From: Saprospiraceae bacterium
Lineage (GTDB): Bacteria; Bacteroidota; Bacteroidia; Chitinophagales; Saprospiraceae
Direction: 5' to 3'
Assembly: GCA_029251525.1 (NCBI GenBank)
Contig: JAQXDE010000048.1
Location: 42,515 to 106,514, forward strand
Length of the DNA stretch: 64,000 nucleotides
Shown: piece by piece, positions 1-10,188 of the stretch
Layout: every line of letters begins with the position of its first letter
Numbering within the stretch: position 1 is the first letter of the stretch
Notes under the pieces: model-generated
The model's database searches: none
What the model saw: the letters and a program-made list of their open reading frames with translations, nothing else
Told to the model about the DNA's origin: nothing
Position numbers and translations under genes: made by a program

Positions 1-15
1 AAAATCGAAATTGAA

Positions 16-1170
16 ATGAGCGATATTGTAAATTCATCTTTAGAATTTAAAGAAAAGGAAGAGGAATTAACAACGAAAATGAGATGGGAAGATAATTATA
101 AATCAAATATTAAAAAATCCAAAGAGGTAGCAGAATCTTCTTTTTCATCTGTGCGAAAAGAAAAAATATCTAGAGTTGATTATAGATCCAATTCAAGTCT
201 AGGAGAAGTCAAAAAAGATACAGAAGAACTATTGAATCCTAAGTTTCCGTCCGATCTTAAAAATAGTAATTCAAAGCTTGAGGTAGGTTCCGATTTAAGG
301 GTTCAGCTTATTGAAACATTTAGTTCAGAATTAATATTAATTAAGAGTATAGTCAAAGAATCAGCATCTAAACCAACTAGACCGAAAGTGAATTTTACAA
401 TTGATTCTTTAAATGAAAATCCAAAAAAAATCATTCAAAAGGGATTGGATATTAATGTTAAGCATAATCTTCCAGTAGTAATATCAGCAGAGTTTGCAAA
501 AGCAAAAGAGAATCCATCTAAAGATTCATTTGAAACTACAGAAGTTATTTCCGAGGATCATATGTTTGAAGACTTTGGTGTAGCAGAACCATTGGCAGAA
601 ATGATTCGGTTTCAATTTCTTAACCAGAAAAATTATGTAATAATAAATGAGAGCGATTTTTCAGTAAGAATAAATTTGGGAAGAGAAAGCGGGAGAATAT
701 TTGAAAATAAAATTATTAAACCAAAACATGAAAAGAAGCTGAGGAATAAATTTAAAAGTGGAGATTGGTATTCAATAGTTTATCCTGAAAGAGCTCAAGA
801 AAAAGATATAAAAAGATATAAAAATTTTATCGAATCCATTTTGACCGCTTTGGGTTTAATAAATTTTGAAGATGAGTTTTTCGAGATGTCCGAACAATTA
901 ATCCCTAATTTAAGTATTATACCAAATGAGAACCCGTTGACGGATTCAACTCAAATAGGTAGAGTGGATGCTGGATTTCAAAAATTTATAGATGAAAATG
1001 GTATTCAGGTTTTTAATGGGAATCAACAAACGAAAGCAATAACAGAACTTAAAAGCCTACTTATCTTAACTTTACAATCTCATCAAATTCACCATTATTA
1101 TAAATACACAGTAGGTGATTCGGTTTTAAAACGACCTATAAATAAATTACCAAAATTTAGAAAAAAATAA
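16..1170 (+). CDS. Hypothetical Lys/Glu/Ser-rich protein. The reading frame is open back to position 1, so the gene may be 5'-partial.
   Basis: 384-aa ORF with no recognisable motifs. The frame continues without a stop to the window start. Confidence 0.35.
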   Translation: MSDIVNSSLEFKEKEEELTTKMRWEDNYKSNIKKSKEVAESSFSSVRKEKISRVDYRSNSSLGEVKKDTEELLNPKFPSDLKNSNSKLEVGSDLRVQLIETFSSELILIKSIVKESASKPTRPKVNFTIDSLNENPKKIIQKGLDINVKHNLPVVISAEFAKAKENPSKDSFETTEVISEDHMFEDFGVAEPLAEMIRFQFLNQKNYVIINESDFSVRINLGRESGRIFENKIIKPKHEKKLRNKFKSGDWYSIVYPERAQEKDIKRYKNFIESILTALGLINFEDEFFEMSEQLIPNLSIIPNENPLTDSTQIGRVDAGFQKFIDENGIQVFNGNQQTKAITELKSLLILTLQSHQIHHYYKYTVGDSVLKRPINKLPKFRKK

Positions 1171-1171
1171 T

Positions 1172-1200
1172 TTGCTTAAAAAAAGCATCATTTTTTTTGC
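1172..1200 (+). terminator. Weak hairpin plus T-run after ORF1
   Basis: TGCTT-AAAAA-AAGCA hairpin followed by TCATTTTTTTTG. Confidence 0.3.
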
Positions 1201-1262
1201 AATTAAAACTATCAATTGTTAGTTTTATACAACATTTGGGTCGTTAAAAAGTTATAAGTATA

Positions 1263-2336
1263 ATGAGCAATAAGTTTTACAAATTAAAAGTATCAGGAAT
1301 TGAAAAGTCTACTATAGATTGTTCAATTATTTCTTTCGATATCCCATTGGATTTGTACGAACAATTTTCCTTTAAACAAGGACAATATTTGACTTTGCAA
1401 ACTAAAATTGATGGTAAAGAAATCCGAAGATCTTATTCATTGTGCTCTAGTCCTTTAGATGGTGAATGGAAAGTTGGGATCAAAAAAATTGAAGATGGAA
1501 AATTCTCCACTTTTGCTAATGAGGTTTTAAAAGTAGGCGATGAGCTTGAGGTAATGCCTCCTAACGGAAATTTTTATGCTGAAATTGATAAAACCAATCA
1601 AAAAAATTATGTTGCTTTTGCTGCAGGTAGTGGAATCACTCCAATTTTTTCGATTATCAAAACTCATCTTCTTGAAGAACCAAAAGCAACGTTCAAATTA
1701 TTTTATATCAACCCAAAGGTTGTTTCTATAATCCTTAAGGAAGAATTGGAAGCATTGAAAAACCAATTCATGAGCCGTTTTGAGGTTTTTTACTTTTTAA
1801 CCAGAGAGCATAGAAGTGTTCCTTTATTGAAAGGAAGATTAAGTGAAGAAAAAATGGAAATGATTTTTAAAACTATTTGTGATACCAACCAAATTGATGA
1901 ATATTTTTCCTGTGGTCCAGAACCGATGATTTTGATGATTCGCGATTTCTTGTTGAAAAATAATGTAGGCAAAGAAAAAATTCATTTTGAATTATTCAAC
2001 ACGACTGGAAGTAATATAGAAACAAAGAAAAAAGTAGCGCAAACTTTTAAAGGAAAAGTGGCAGATATCACTATTTTGGAAGGAGGGAAAAGTATGAACT
2101 TTAAGATTGAACAAGGCTCAGACAATATATTAGATGCAGCATTAAAGAATGCGGCTGATCTTCCATTTGCTTGTAAAGGCGGAGTGTGTTGTACTTGTCG
2201 AGCAAAATTGATTGAAGGAAATGTAGAAGTTTTAGTAAATTATGGACTTGAGGAAGAGGAAATTGAGCAAGGCTATATTTTAACTTGTCAATCAATTCCA
2301 ACTAGTGATAAGGTTGTTGTTGATTTCGATAGTTAA
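1263..2336 (+). CDS. paaE: Phenylacetate-CoA oxygenase reductase subunit PaaE (ferredoxin-NADP reductase-like plus a C-terminal plant-type 2Fe-2S ferredoxin)
   Basis: N-terminal FNR-like FAD/NAD fold (RxYS motif, GSGITP). C-terminal cysteine cluster CKGGVCCTCRAK...C typical of a 2Fe-2S ferredoxin. Lies next to paaABCD. Confidence 0.8.
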   Translation: MSNKFYKLKVSGIEKSTIDCSIISFDIPLDLYEQFSFKQGQYLTLQTKIDGKEIRRSYSLCSSPLDGEWKVGIKKIEDGKFSTFANEVLKVGDELEVMPPNGNFYAEIDKTNQKNYVAFAAGSGITPIFSIIKTHLLEEPKATFKLFYINPKVVSIILKEELEALKNQFMSRFEVFYFLTREHRSVPLLKGRLSEEKMEMIFKTICDTNQIDEYFSCGPEPMILMIRDFLLKNNVGKEKIHFELFNTTGSNIETKKKVAQTFKGKVADITILEGGKSMNFKIEQGSDNILDAALKNAADLPFACKGGVCCTCRAKLIEGNVEVLVNYGLEEEEIEQGYILTCQSIPTSDKVVVDFDS

Positions 2337-2598
2337 ATCTCCGCCGACTGATTGGGTATTATTGATTTTTTTTCGAATGATGTCCTTACTTTTATTTACG
2401 AATAGCTATTATTTGAATTTTCTCTAAGTTGAAATTTTCTTATGGTGTTGGTGAGTATTTAGCACGGAGAAATACTTTTTATAACTGATAATTTTGCTTA
2501 TTTTTTCTTGAATTAAAAAGTAGGTTCTGAAAGTCGCAAGTCGCTAGAAATACAATGTTAAATAGTAAGAAATAAATTTTCCATAAAATCAAAGTATC

Positions 2599-3549
2599 AT
2601 GAATATTGAAGATTTAGAAAAAAAATTCCAAGACAGAATTGATGCAGGTCAGAAAATTGAACCTAAAGATTGGATGCCTGAAAAATATCGGAAAACACAC
2701 ATTCGACAAATTTCCCAACATGCTCATTCTGAAATCGTAGGAATGTTGCCCGAAGGAAATTGGATTTCTCGAACTCCAACACTCCGAAGAAAGGTTGGTC
2801 TCTTAGCAAAGGTTCAGGACGAGGCAGGACATGGACTATACCTTTATTCCGCTGCCGAAACATTAGGAGTTAGTCGGGATGAAATGTTTCACCAGCTCCA
2901 CACAGGTAAAGCAAAGTATTCTAGTATTTTTAATTATCCAACAATGACTTGGGCAGATATAGGGACTATTGGTTGGCTGGTAGATGGTGCAGCTATAATT
3001 AATCAAGTAATGTTAACTCGAACATCATTTGGGCCTTATGCTCGTGCAATGGTTCGAATCTGTAAAGAAGAAAGTTTTCACCAGCGTCAAGGTTTTGAAA
3101 TGATTTTAACTCTATGTAAAGGTACAGCCGTTCAGAAAGCAATGGCGCAAGATGCACTCAATAGATGGTGGTGGCCAAGCTTGATGATGTTCGGTCCTCG
3201 TGATGAGGAATCACCAAATACGGAACAGTCTGTCAAATGGAAAATCAAAAGAAAAACGAATGATGAATTGCGTCAACAGTTCATTGATATCGCAGTTGAA
3301 CAAGCAAAAGTTGCTGGACTGACAATTCCTGATCCTGATTTAAAATGGAACGAAGAACGGGGGCATCATGATTTTGGAGAAATAAATTGGAGTGAGTTCT
3401 GGCGGGTTGTAAAAGGAAATGGTCCCTGCAACAAGGAGAGATTGAAAGCAAGAAATGATGCTTGGAATAATGGCGAGTGGGTTCGCGATGCAGCCTTGGC
3501 TCATTCCGAAAAACAAGCCCAAAGGGAAGGATTAAAACAAGCTATTTAA
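2599..3549 (+). CDS. paaA: 1,2-phenylacetyl-CoA epoxidase catalytic subunit PaaA
   Basis: 316 aa, di-iron ferritin-like fold. Conserved stretches EAGHGLYLY and EESFHQRQG match the PaaA family. Confidence 0.85.
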   Translation: MNIEDLEKKFQDRIDAGQKIEPKDWMPEKYRKTHIRQISQHAHSEIVGMLPEGNWISRTPTLRRKVGLLAKVQDEAGHGLYLYSAAETLGVSRDEMFHQLHTGKAKYSSIFNYPTMTWADIGTIGWLVDGAAIINQVMLTRTSFGPYARAMVRICKEESFHQRQGFEMILTLCKGTAVQKAMAQDALNRWWWPSLMMFGPRDEESPNTEQSVKWKIKRKTNDELRQQFIDIAVEQAKVAGLTIPDPDLKWNEERGHHDFGEINWSEFWRVVKGNGPCNKERLKARNDAWNNGEWVRDAALAHSEKQAQREGLKQAI

Positions 3550-3612
3550 TGCTTGGTGGATTATAAATCAAAAAATACTTTATAAGAAACTAAGAATTTA
3601 AAAATAAAAAAT

Positions 3613-3900
3613 ATGTCAAATCTAGAATTCCCTATTTGGGAAGTTTTTATAAGGAGTAAAAATGGCTTGGAGCATCGTCACGTCGGAAGCCTTCATGCAA
3701 CCGATTCAGTGATGGCAATGGAAAATGCACGTGATGTTTACACGCGAAGAGAAGAAGGAGTCAGTATTTGGGTAGTCGAATCAAAAAATATTACAGCTTC
3801 TAATCCTGAAAATCAAGGAGAACTTTTTGAACCTGCCAAAGATAAGGCCTACCGACATCCAACGTTCTATGAATTACCAATTGAGTTAAAACACATGTAG
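3613..3900 (+). CDS. paaB: 1,2-phenylacetyl-CoA epoxidase subunit PaaB
   Basis: 95-aa protein placed between paaA and paaC. Size and position fit PaaB. Confidence 0.75.
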   Translation: MSNLEFPIWEVFIRSKNGLEHRHVGSLHATDSVMAMENARDVYTRREEGVSIWVVESKNITASNPENQGELFEPAKDKAYRHPTFYELPIELKHM

Positions 3901-3985
3901 TTGCTGGTTAATTGTTGGTGTTGTGTAGTTAATGCCAATTAAGAAATTCTTAATTTTTGTTATTTTTTCTCAAAAAAAATTAAAC

Positions 3986-4738
3986 GTGAAAGATAAATTA
4001 TACGAATACCTTTTAATGTTGGGAGATAATTCGATGGTTCTTGGACATCGGTTGTCAGAGTTGTGTGGGCATGGACCTAGTTTAGAGACTGATATTGCAT
4101 TGACTAATATTTCATTGGATTTGTTTGGTCAGGTAAGAAGTTATTTTCAATATGCTGCCGAAATAAAAGGTGGGGATGTAACAGAGGATTCTATTGCATT
4201 TTTAAGATTTGATCGAGATTATAGAAATGTGATTTTAGTAGAACAACCTAATGAGGATTTTGCACATGTGATTGGTCGGCAGTTTTTGTTTGATGCATTT
4301 CACTTGCCTTTGCTTGAGCAATTGATGGAAAGTAATGATGAAATGATTGCAGCGATTGCTGCAAAATCTATCAAAGAATGTCGCTATCATTTACGATTTT
4401 CATCTTCTTGGGTGAAACGATTAGGCGATGGAACAATGGAAAGTAAAATAAAAATGCAATCAGCAATGAATCATTTTTTTCCATTCGTGAGTGAATTATT
4501 TCGAGAAACTTCGATTGAGAAAGAGATGAAGGAGTTGGGGGTTGGGGCAGATTTGAAAATGATAAAAGAAGTTTTTGATGAAAAAGTTAAAGAAGTTTTT
4601 TTTGAATCAACTTTAGAAATTCCGCAAAGCTCATCTAGGCAGACTAATGGAAAAACAGGTATTCATACCGAACAAATGGGTTTTATTTTAGCAGAATTAC
4701 AATATATGCAAAGAGCCTACCCCAATATGCAATGGTAA
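3986..4738 (+). CDS. paaC: 1,2-phenylacetyl-CoA epoxidase subunit PaaC. The ORF is open from 3932. The probable start is GTG at 3986, with ATG at 4016 as an alternative.
   Basis: Co-linear match to E. coli PaaC (LGDNxxVLxxRLxExCGHxPxLExDxALxNIxLDLxGQ). The C-terminus LHTEHLG...MQYLQR-like reads LHTEQMGFILAELQYMQRAYPNMQW. Confidence 0.75.
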   Translation: MKDKLYEYLLMLGDNSMVLGHRLSELCGHGPSLETDIALTNISLDLFGQVRSYFQYAAEIKGGDVTEDSIAFLRFDRDYRNVILVEQPNEDFAHVIGRQFLFDAFHLPLLEQLMESNDEMIAAIAAKSIKECRYHLRFSSSWVKRLGDGTMESKIKMQSAMNHFFPFVSELFRETSIEKEMKELGVGADLKMIKEVFDEKVKEVFFESTLEIPQSSSRQTNGKTGIHTEQMGFILAELQYMQRAYPNMQW

Positions 4739-4848
4739 TTGCATAATATAAATAACAAGAGAGGGTTTACATTAGCTACCCCGAAAAATTAGCTTTGCGA
4801 TTTTTCAGAAGGAAATTCTAGATCATTTTTTAAAAAAAAAATTAATAA

Positions 4849-5340
4849 ATGAATTCCACCCAGAATAAAAACATCCAAGATCTCCTCCGTGAAGTCACCG
4901 ACCCCGAAATCCCTGTACTCTCAATCATGGACATGGGCGTTGTAAGAGATGTTGAAGTAAATGGAAAATCAGTCTTAATAAAAATAACTCCAACCTATTC
5001 AGGCTGCCCAGCAATGGACACGATAGCTACTGATATCAAATTAAAATTAGATGAAGCAGGCTATGATACGACCGTAAAATTAATATTATCTCCAGCTTGG
5101 ACAACTGATTGGATTACAAAAAAAGGTAGGGCCGAATTAGAAAAATATGGTATTGCCGCACCACTTGACGAGACATCTGATAAGCATGCGTTAATTGATG
5201 GAAAACGAATTGTAAAATGTACAAACTGCGGTTCTACAAATACAAAAATGGTCAGTCAATTTGGCTCGACTGCTTGCAAAGCATTATTTCAATGTGAAGA
5301 TTGTCTTGAACCTTTTGATTATTTTAAGTGCTTGAAATAA
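4849..5340 (+). CDS. paaD: Phenylacetate-CoA oxygenase subunit PaaD (DUF59/MIP18-like Fe-S assembly domain plus a C-terminal Cys-rich segment)
   Basis: DPEIPVLSIMDMGVVRDV is a DUF59 signature. The C-terminal CxxC...CxxC reads CTNCG...CEDC. Lies in the paa cluster. Confidence 0.75.
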   Translation: MNSTQNKNIQDLLREVTDPEIPVLSIMDMGVVRDVEVNGKSVLIKITPTYSGCPAMDTIATDIKLKLDEAGYDTTVKLILSPAWTTDWITKKGRAELEKYGIAAPLDETSDKHALIDGKRIVKCTNCGSTNTKMVSQFGSTACKALFQCEDCLEPFDYFKCLK

Positions 5341-5386
5341 TCAAAACAAAAATTGAAATAATAATTTTAATTTTACAATTTTCCAG

Positions 5387-5809
5387 ATGTCAAAACAAAA
5401 CAAACTCGCCGAAGCAATCTTCCAGAAAATGATGTTAAAAGATTATTGCAGTCAATGGATGGGTATTGAACCAATTCTCATTGAGCAAGGACATTGTAAA
5501 ATAAAAATGACGGTCAAAAAAGAAATGCTCAATGGTTATGGAATTCTACACGGAGGCATGGCGTTTACATTTGCGGATAGCGCATTTGCTTTTGCATCGA
5601 ATTCATTTGGACGTCTTGCGGTTTCAATCAATGGAAGTATGAGTTATGCCAAGTCGGCTAAAGAAGGAGATGTTTTAATTGCCGAAGCAACACCATTAAA
5701 TGTTACTCACAAGACCGCTGACTTTGATGTCAATGTGATGAATGAGGCAGGCGAAATTTATTATTATTTTAGAGGAACAGTTTATAGGAGTAGTAAAAAT
5801 GTTATATAA
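5387..5809 (+). CDS. paaI: Hydroxyphenylacetyl-CoA thioesterase PaaI (hotdog fold)
   Basis: 140 aa with the PaaI/YdiI hotdog motif GxLHGGMAFTFADSAFAFA. Lies in the paa cluster. Confidence 0.7.
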   Translation: MSKQNKLAEAIFQKMMLKDYCSQWMGIEPILIEQGHCKIKMTVKKEMLNGYGILHGGMAFTFADSAFAFASNSFGRLAVSINGSMSYAKSAKEGDVLIAEATPLNVTHKTADFDVNVMNEAGEIYYYFRGTVYRSSKNVI

Positions 5810-6196
5810 GAAAAGTGATTTTTGGTTCTTTAGGAAAAATCTAAAACATGATTAACCTTACCCAATTAATTTTGTCGAAGAAAGAAAAGAAAAAGTCTTT
5901 CATGAATTTCTTTATTCCTTTAATGTAAAAGTACAATGGAAAAATCATCTTTAGATTTGTACCTTAAAAATAAACATATATTTAAAGTTTAGCGGAGTAG
6001 TCTTATTAAGTGTATCCCATCTTTTATGATTCAGAAAATGATTTAGCAGAGTTTCTAAAAGACGATACAAAGTAAAAATTTATTTATTTAAAAAATAAGT
6101 TTGTCTAGTCAAGTATACCTAAAAAAAAGAAAAAAAATTTAGTTTTATTTCACCAAAAAATATTCATAATTCACGTAATTAAAATTCATAATTAAA

Positions 6197-7417
6197 TTGA
6201 AAGAAGCATACATCATCGACGGCATCAGAACACCAATAGGAAAATTTACAGGAACACTTGCACCAATTAGAACAGACGATTTAGGTGCACTTGTCATCAG
6301 AGCACTCGTTGAAAAAAATTCAAATATTCCAAAGGATGCATACGACGATGTTATATTTGGTTGTGCCAATCAAGCAGGGGAAGATAATCGAAATGTTGCT
6401 CGAATGTGTCTATTGCTTGCAGGACTTCCATGGAGTGTTCCAGGTGAAACCGTCAACCGTTTATGTTCCTCAGGGCTCTCAGCTATTATTCATTCCAACC
6501 GAGCAATCAAAGCTGGCGATGGAGATATTTTCATAGCAGGTGGAGTCGAGCATATGACACGTGGACCGTGGGTGATTTCTAAAGTTTCCAAAGCATTTGG
6601 TCGAGATGCACAAATGCATGATAGTAGTTTTGGGTGGCGTTTTGTCAATAAAAAAATGAATGAAATGTATGGTACGGACGGAATGGGTGCGACCGCCGAG
6701 AATCTTGTGGAAAAATATAATATCAGTCGAGTCGACCAAGATGCTTTTGCTTATCGCTCGCAAATGAAAGCAGCAGCAGCGCAAGCGAGCGGAAGATTGG
6801 CAAAGGAGATTACCCGAGTCTTAATTCCGCAAAGAAAAAAAGATCCTGTTATTTTTGAGGAAGATGAATTTATTCGAGCGACTACGACGATGGAAGCTTT
6901 GGCAAAATTACGCCCGGCATTTCGTAAAGCAGAAAATGGAGGTACTGTTACGGCGGGTAATGCGTCAGGCTTAAACGATGGTGCAGCAGCAACGATTATC
7001 GCTTCTGAAAATGCGGTGAGAAAATATAATTTAAAGCCTTTAGCAAAAATTGTAAGCTCAGCAGTGGTTGGAGTCGAACCAAGAATTATGGGAATTGGCC
7101 CAGTAACTGCATCTAATAAAGCACTAGTGAAAGCAGGTCTTAAAATGGAGGATATGGATGTGATAGAATTGAATGAGGCATTTGCTTCACAAAGCCTGGC
7201 GTGTATTAGAGAATGGGGGTTGGCTGATGACGACGTGCGAATTAATCCAAATGGAGGAGCGATTGCAATTGGCCATCCGCTTGGAGTAACTGGTGCAAGA
7301 ATTTGTTATTCGGCTGCGTTAGAGTTAAGTTTGACAGGGAAGAAATATGCATTGGTGACGATGTGTGTAGGAGTAGGTCAGGGGTATGCAGCGGTAATTG
7401 AGAATGTTGGTATTTAA
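6197..7417 (+). CDS. paaJ: 3-oxoadipyl-CoA / beta-ketoadipyl-CoA thiolase (TTG start)
   Basis: Thiolase signatures: the N-terminus MKEAYIIDGIRTPIGKF aligns with E. coli PaaJ MREAFICDGIRTPIGRY. Active-site regions NRLCSSGL, NPNGGAIAIGHPLGVTG and CVGVGQG are present. Confidence 0.8.
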   Translation: MKEAYIIDGIRTPIGKFTGTLAPIRTDDLGALVIRALVEKNSNIPKDAYDDVIFGCANQAGEDNRNVARMCLLLAGLPWSVPGETVNRLCSSGLSAIIHSNRAIKAGDGDIFIAGGVEHMTRGPWVISKVSKAFGRDAQMHDSSFGWRFVNKKMNEMYGTDGMGATAENLVEKYNISRVDQDAFAYRSQMKAAAAQASGRLAKEITRVLIPQRKKDPVIFEEDEFIRATTTMEALAKLRPAFRKAENGGTVTAGNASGLNDGAAATIIASENAVRKYNLKPLAKIVSSAVVGVEPRIMGIGPVTASNKALVKAGLKMEDMDVIELNEAFASQSLACIREWGLADDDVRINPNGGAIAIGHPLGVTGARICYSAALELSLTGKKYALVTMCVGVGQGYAAVIENVGI

Positions 7418-7698
7418 AATAAACTCTATTTTGGTAACCTTTTGTTCAAAAGGAAATTAAATTGTTGACGAAATAAGATCTTTTTCTAGAGTTATCAAAG
7501 ACCTCAAATAATTATTACTATCAAGATAATTTTTTTTGTTTTATAATGGGTTCTATCATCAAACTCAAGATAACTTTAGTGTAGCCAATTTAAAAAAAAT
7601 AGCTTTGATGATTAGTTTTCTTAGAAAAGAAAGTATAGAATGATTAAAATAGAAGAAACCCACTTGTGGCTTTTAGAATAATATTAAAACTATTATAA

Positions 7699-10188
7699 AT
7701 GAAGAAACTCAAAAATTACGCCCTCGGTTCATGGATTCAAGGCGAAGGGGAAGGCTCTCCACTTTACAATTCAGTTACTGGTGAAATCGTAGCTATGTCA
7801 ACTACAAAAGGATTGGATTTTGGAGAAATACTCGAGTATGGTCGAAGAAAGGGGGGAGCACCTTTGCGAAAAATGACTTTTCAAGAACGTGGTAATATGC
7901 TTAAAAAACTCGCACTTTATTTAACTAAAAGAAAAGAGCAGTTTTACGAGGTGAGTTATAAAACTGGAGCAACAAGAGCAGATAGTTGGGTGGATATCGA
8001 AGGTGGTTTCGGAAATTTATTTTCTAACGCATCTTTGCGAAAAAATTTTGCGAATCAAACTTTTCACGTCGATGGTGATTTTGTAGATATTTCGAGAGGA
8101 GGAAGTTTTGCGGCGCAACACATCATGGTTCCTAAGCGAGGGGTAGCGATTCATATCAATGCGTATAATTTTCCAGTATGGGGTATGCTCGAAAAGTGTG
8201 CGACGAATTGGATGGCAGGAGTTCCTGCAGTAGTAAAACCAGCTACAGCTACTTCATTTTTAACGGAGGCAGTTGTTCGAGAAATTATCGATTCTGGAAT
8301 CTTACCAGAAGGAGCATTACAATTGATTTGCGGTTCAGCTCGGACAATTTTGGATAGGGTAGATTCGCAAGACGTAGTGACGTTTACAGGTTCGGCCAGT
8401 ACAGGTCAAATGTTGAAAGCACATCCAAGAATTATTTCGGAATCAGTTCCATTTAATATGGAAGCAGATAGTTTGAACTGTTCAGTTCTCGGAGAAAAAG
8501 CAACGCCTGATACTCCAGAGTTTGATTTATTTATTAAAGAAGTTCGAAAAGAAATGACTTCTAAATGTGGTCAAAAATGTACTGCGATTAGAAGAATTAT
8601 TGTTCCCGAATATTTAGTCGAAGATGTGAAGATTGCCTTAGGAAAACAATTAGGAAGAATAGGAATTGGAAATCCGACTGCTGATGGTGTTCGCATGGGC
8701 GCACTGGCAAGCAGGGATCAAGTGATAGAGGTTCGTGAAAGAGTGAAAGAATTAGCTCAAACGGCAGAGATTGTTTATGGTAGTTTAGATAAGATAGATT
8801 TAATTGATGCAGACTACGATAAAGGAGCATTCCTTTCTCCAATTTTATTATTAGAAAAAAATCCATATAAAAATTTAGGTGTTCATGAGATTGAGGCATT
8901 CGGACCAGTAAGTACAATTATGCCGTATAAGGGAATTGAGCAAGCAGTTGAATTAGCTCAAATGGGCAAAGGTTCGTTATGTGCATCCATTGCAACTTTT
9001 GATGATGCAGAGGCGAGGGAATTTGTAGTAGGTGCGGCAAGCCATCATGGTCGAATTTTAGTACTCAATCGAGAGAATGCCAAACAAAGTACAGGCCATG
9101 GTTCTCCTCTTCCAACTTTAGTTCACGGTGGGCCAGGACGAGCAGGAGGTGGAGAAGAAATGGGTGGGATGCGAGGTATCAACCACTATCTTCAAAGATG
9201 TGCGGTGCAAGGAACACCAACGACACTTTCCGCAATTACAGGTATTTATCAACCCAATGCAAAAGTAACAGAAACACCTCAACATCCTTTTAAGTATTAT
9301 TTCGAAGAGATTGAACCTGGAATGTCATTACTTACTCACAAACGAACAATTACTAACTCGGATATTCAGAATTTCGCTAACTTGACTTGGGATGTTTTTT
9401 ATGCTCATACAGATATCACTTCTTTGGATGGAACTATTTTTGAAAAACGAGCGGCGCATGGCTATTTTTTGTTGGCAGCAGCGGCAGGACTTTTTGTTCA
9501 TCCTGCTAAAGGTCCAGTTGGTGCAAATTATGGTTTAGATAATTGTCGATTTATTCGTCCCATTTATCATGATGATACGATTCAAGTACGTTTGACGTGC
9601 AAGGAAAAAGTAGAACGAGACAGCCGTGGAAAAGAACATCCATCAGGTGTGGTCAAATGGTATGAAGAAATTTTTGATCAAGATGGTGAATTGGTTGCGA
9701 TGGCTACTATTCTAACTTTGGTGCAAAAAAAATCTCCGTTTCCAACAATCACAAAGTCCTATTTACAAGGAAAATTAAATGCGCTGGCAGAAAGTACTCA
9801 GCCTAAATGGGGGAAAATGACTGCACAGCATTTAGTCGAGCATATGGAATTTTTCACTCAAATGGCACTAGGTAATATCGAAACGGAAATCACAACACCT
9901 GAAAAATATATGGAAAAGACACAGGATTCTCTATGGGATTATCGTTCTATGCTAAAAGAGTTTGACCATCCAGCTTTGAAAAAAGGAGAAGTGGAAGATT
10001 TACGTTTTGGAAATTTAGAAGAAGCAAAAGATGCTTTTTGGAAAGCTTATGAAGCATTGGAAATTTGGTTTAAAGAGAATCCAAAAGGGACGGTGAAGAA
10101 TACGGTGTTTGGTTGGTTGACGAAATATGAATTTCAATTATTAAATCGGAAACATTGGGCACATCATCTGGAACAGTTTGGGGTTTGA
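7699..10188 (+). CDS. paaZ: PaaZ-like bifunctional oxepin-CoA hydrolase / 3-oxo-5,6-dehydrosuberyl-CoA semialdehyde dehydrogenase, with an additional C-terminal DinB/DUF1569-like domain of about 135 aa
   Basis: N-terminal aldehyde dehydrogenase fold (FTGSASTG, catalytic Cys region KCGQKCTAIRR, EIEAFGP). Central MaoC-like (R)-hydratase domain (around aa 530-690). Extra tail (about nt 9784-10188) rich in His (HLVEHMEF...HWAHHLEQF), resembling a DinB_2 four-helix-bundle metalloprotein. Confidence 0.7.
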   Translation: MKKLKNYALGSWIQGEGEGSPLYNSVTGEIVAMSTTKGLDFGEILEYGRRKGGAPLRKMTFQERGNMLKKLALYLTKRKEQFYEVSYKTGATRADSWVDIEGGFGNLFSNASLRKNFANQTFHVDGDFVDISRGGSFAAQHIMVPKRGVAIHINAYNFPVWGMLEKCATNWMAGVPAVVKPATATSFLTEAVVREIIDSGILPEGALQLICGSARTILDRVDSQDVVTFTGSASTGQMLKAHPRIISESVPFNMEADSLNCSVLGEKATPDTPEFDLFIKEVRKEMTSKCGQKCTAIRRIIVPEYLVEDVKIALGKQLGRIGIGNPTADGVRMGALASRDQVIEVRERVKELAQTAEIVYGSLDKIDLIDADYDKGAFLSPILLLEKNPYKNLGVHEIEAFGPVSTIMPYKGIEQAVELAQMGKGSLCASIATFDDAEAREFVVGAASHHGRILVLNRENAKQSTGHGSPLPTLVHGGPGRAGGGEEMGGMRGINHYLQRCAVQGTPTTLSAITGIYQPNAKVTETPQHPFKYYFEEIEPGMSLLTHKRTITNSDIQNFANLTWDVFYAHTDITSLDGTIFEKRAAHGYFLLAAAAGLFVHPAKGPVGANYGLDNCRFIRPIYHDDTIQVRLTCKEKVERDSRGKEHPSGVVKWYEEIFDQDGELVAMATILTLVQKKSPFPTITKSYLQGKLNALAESTQPKWGKMTAQHLVEHMEFFTQMALGNIETEITTPEKYMEKTQDSLWDYRSMLKEFDHPALKKGEVEDLRFGNLEEAKDAFWKAYEALEIWFKENPKGTVKNTVFGWLTKYEFQLLNRKHWAHHLEQFGV

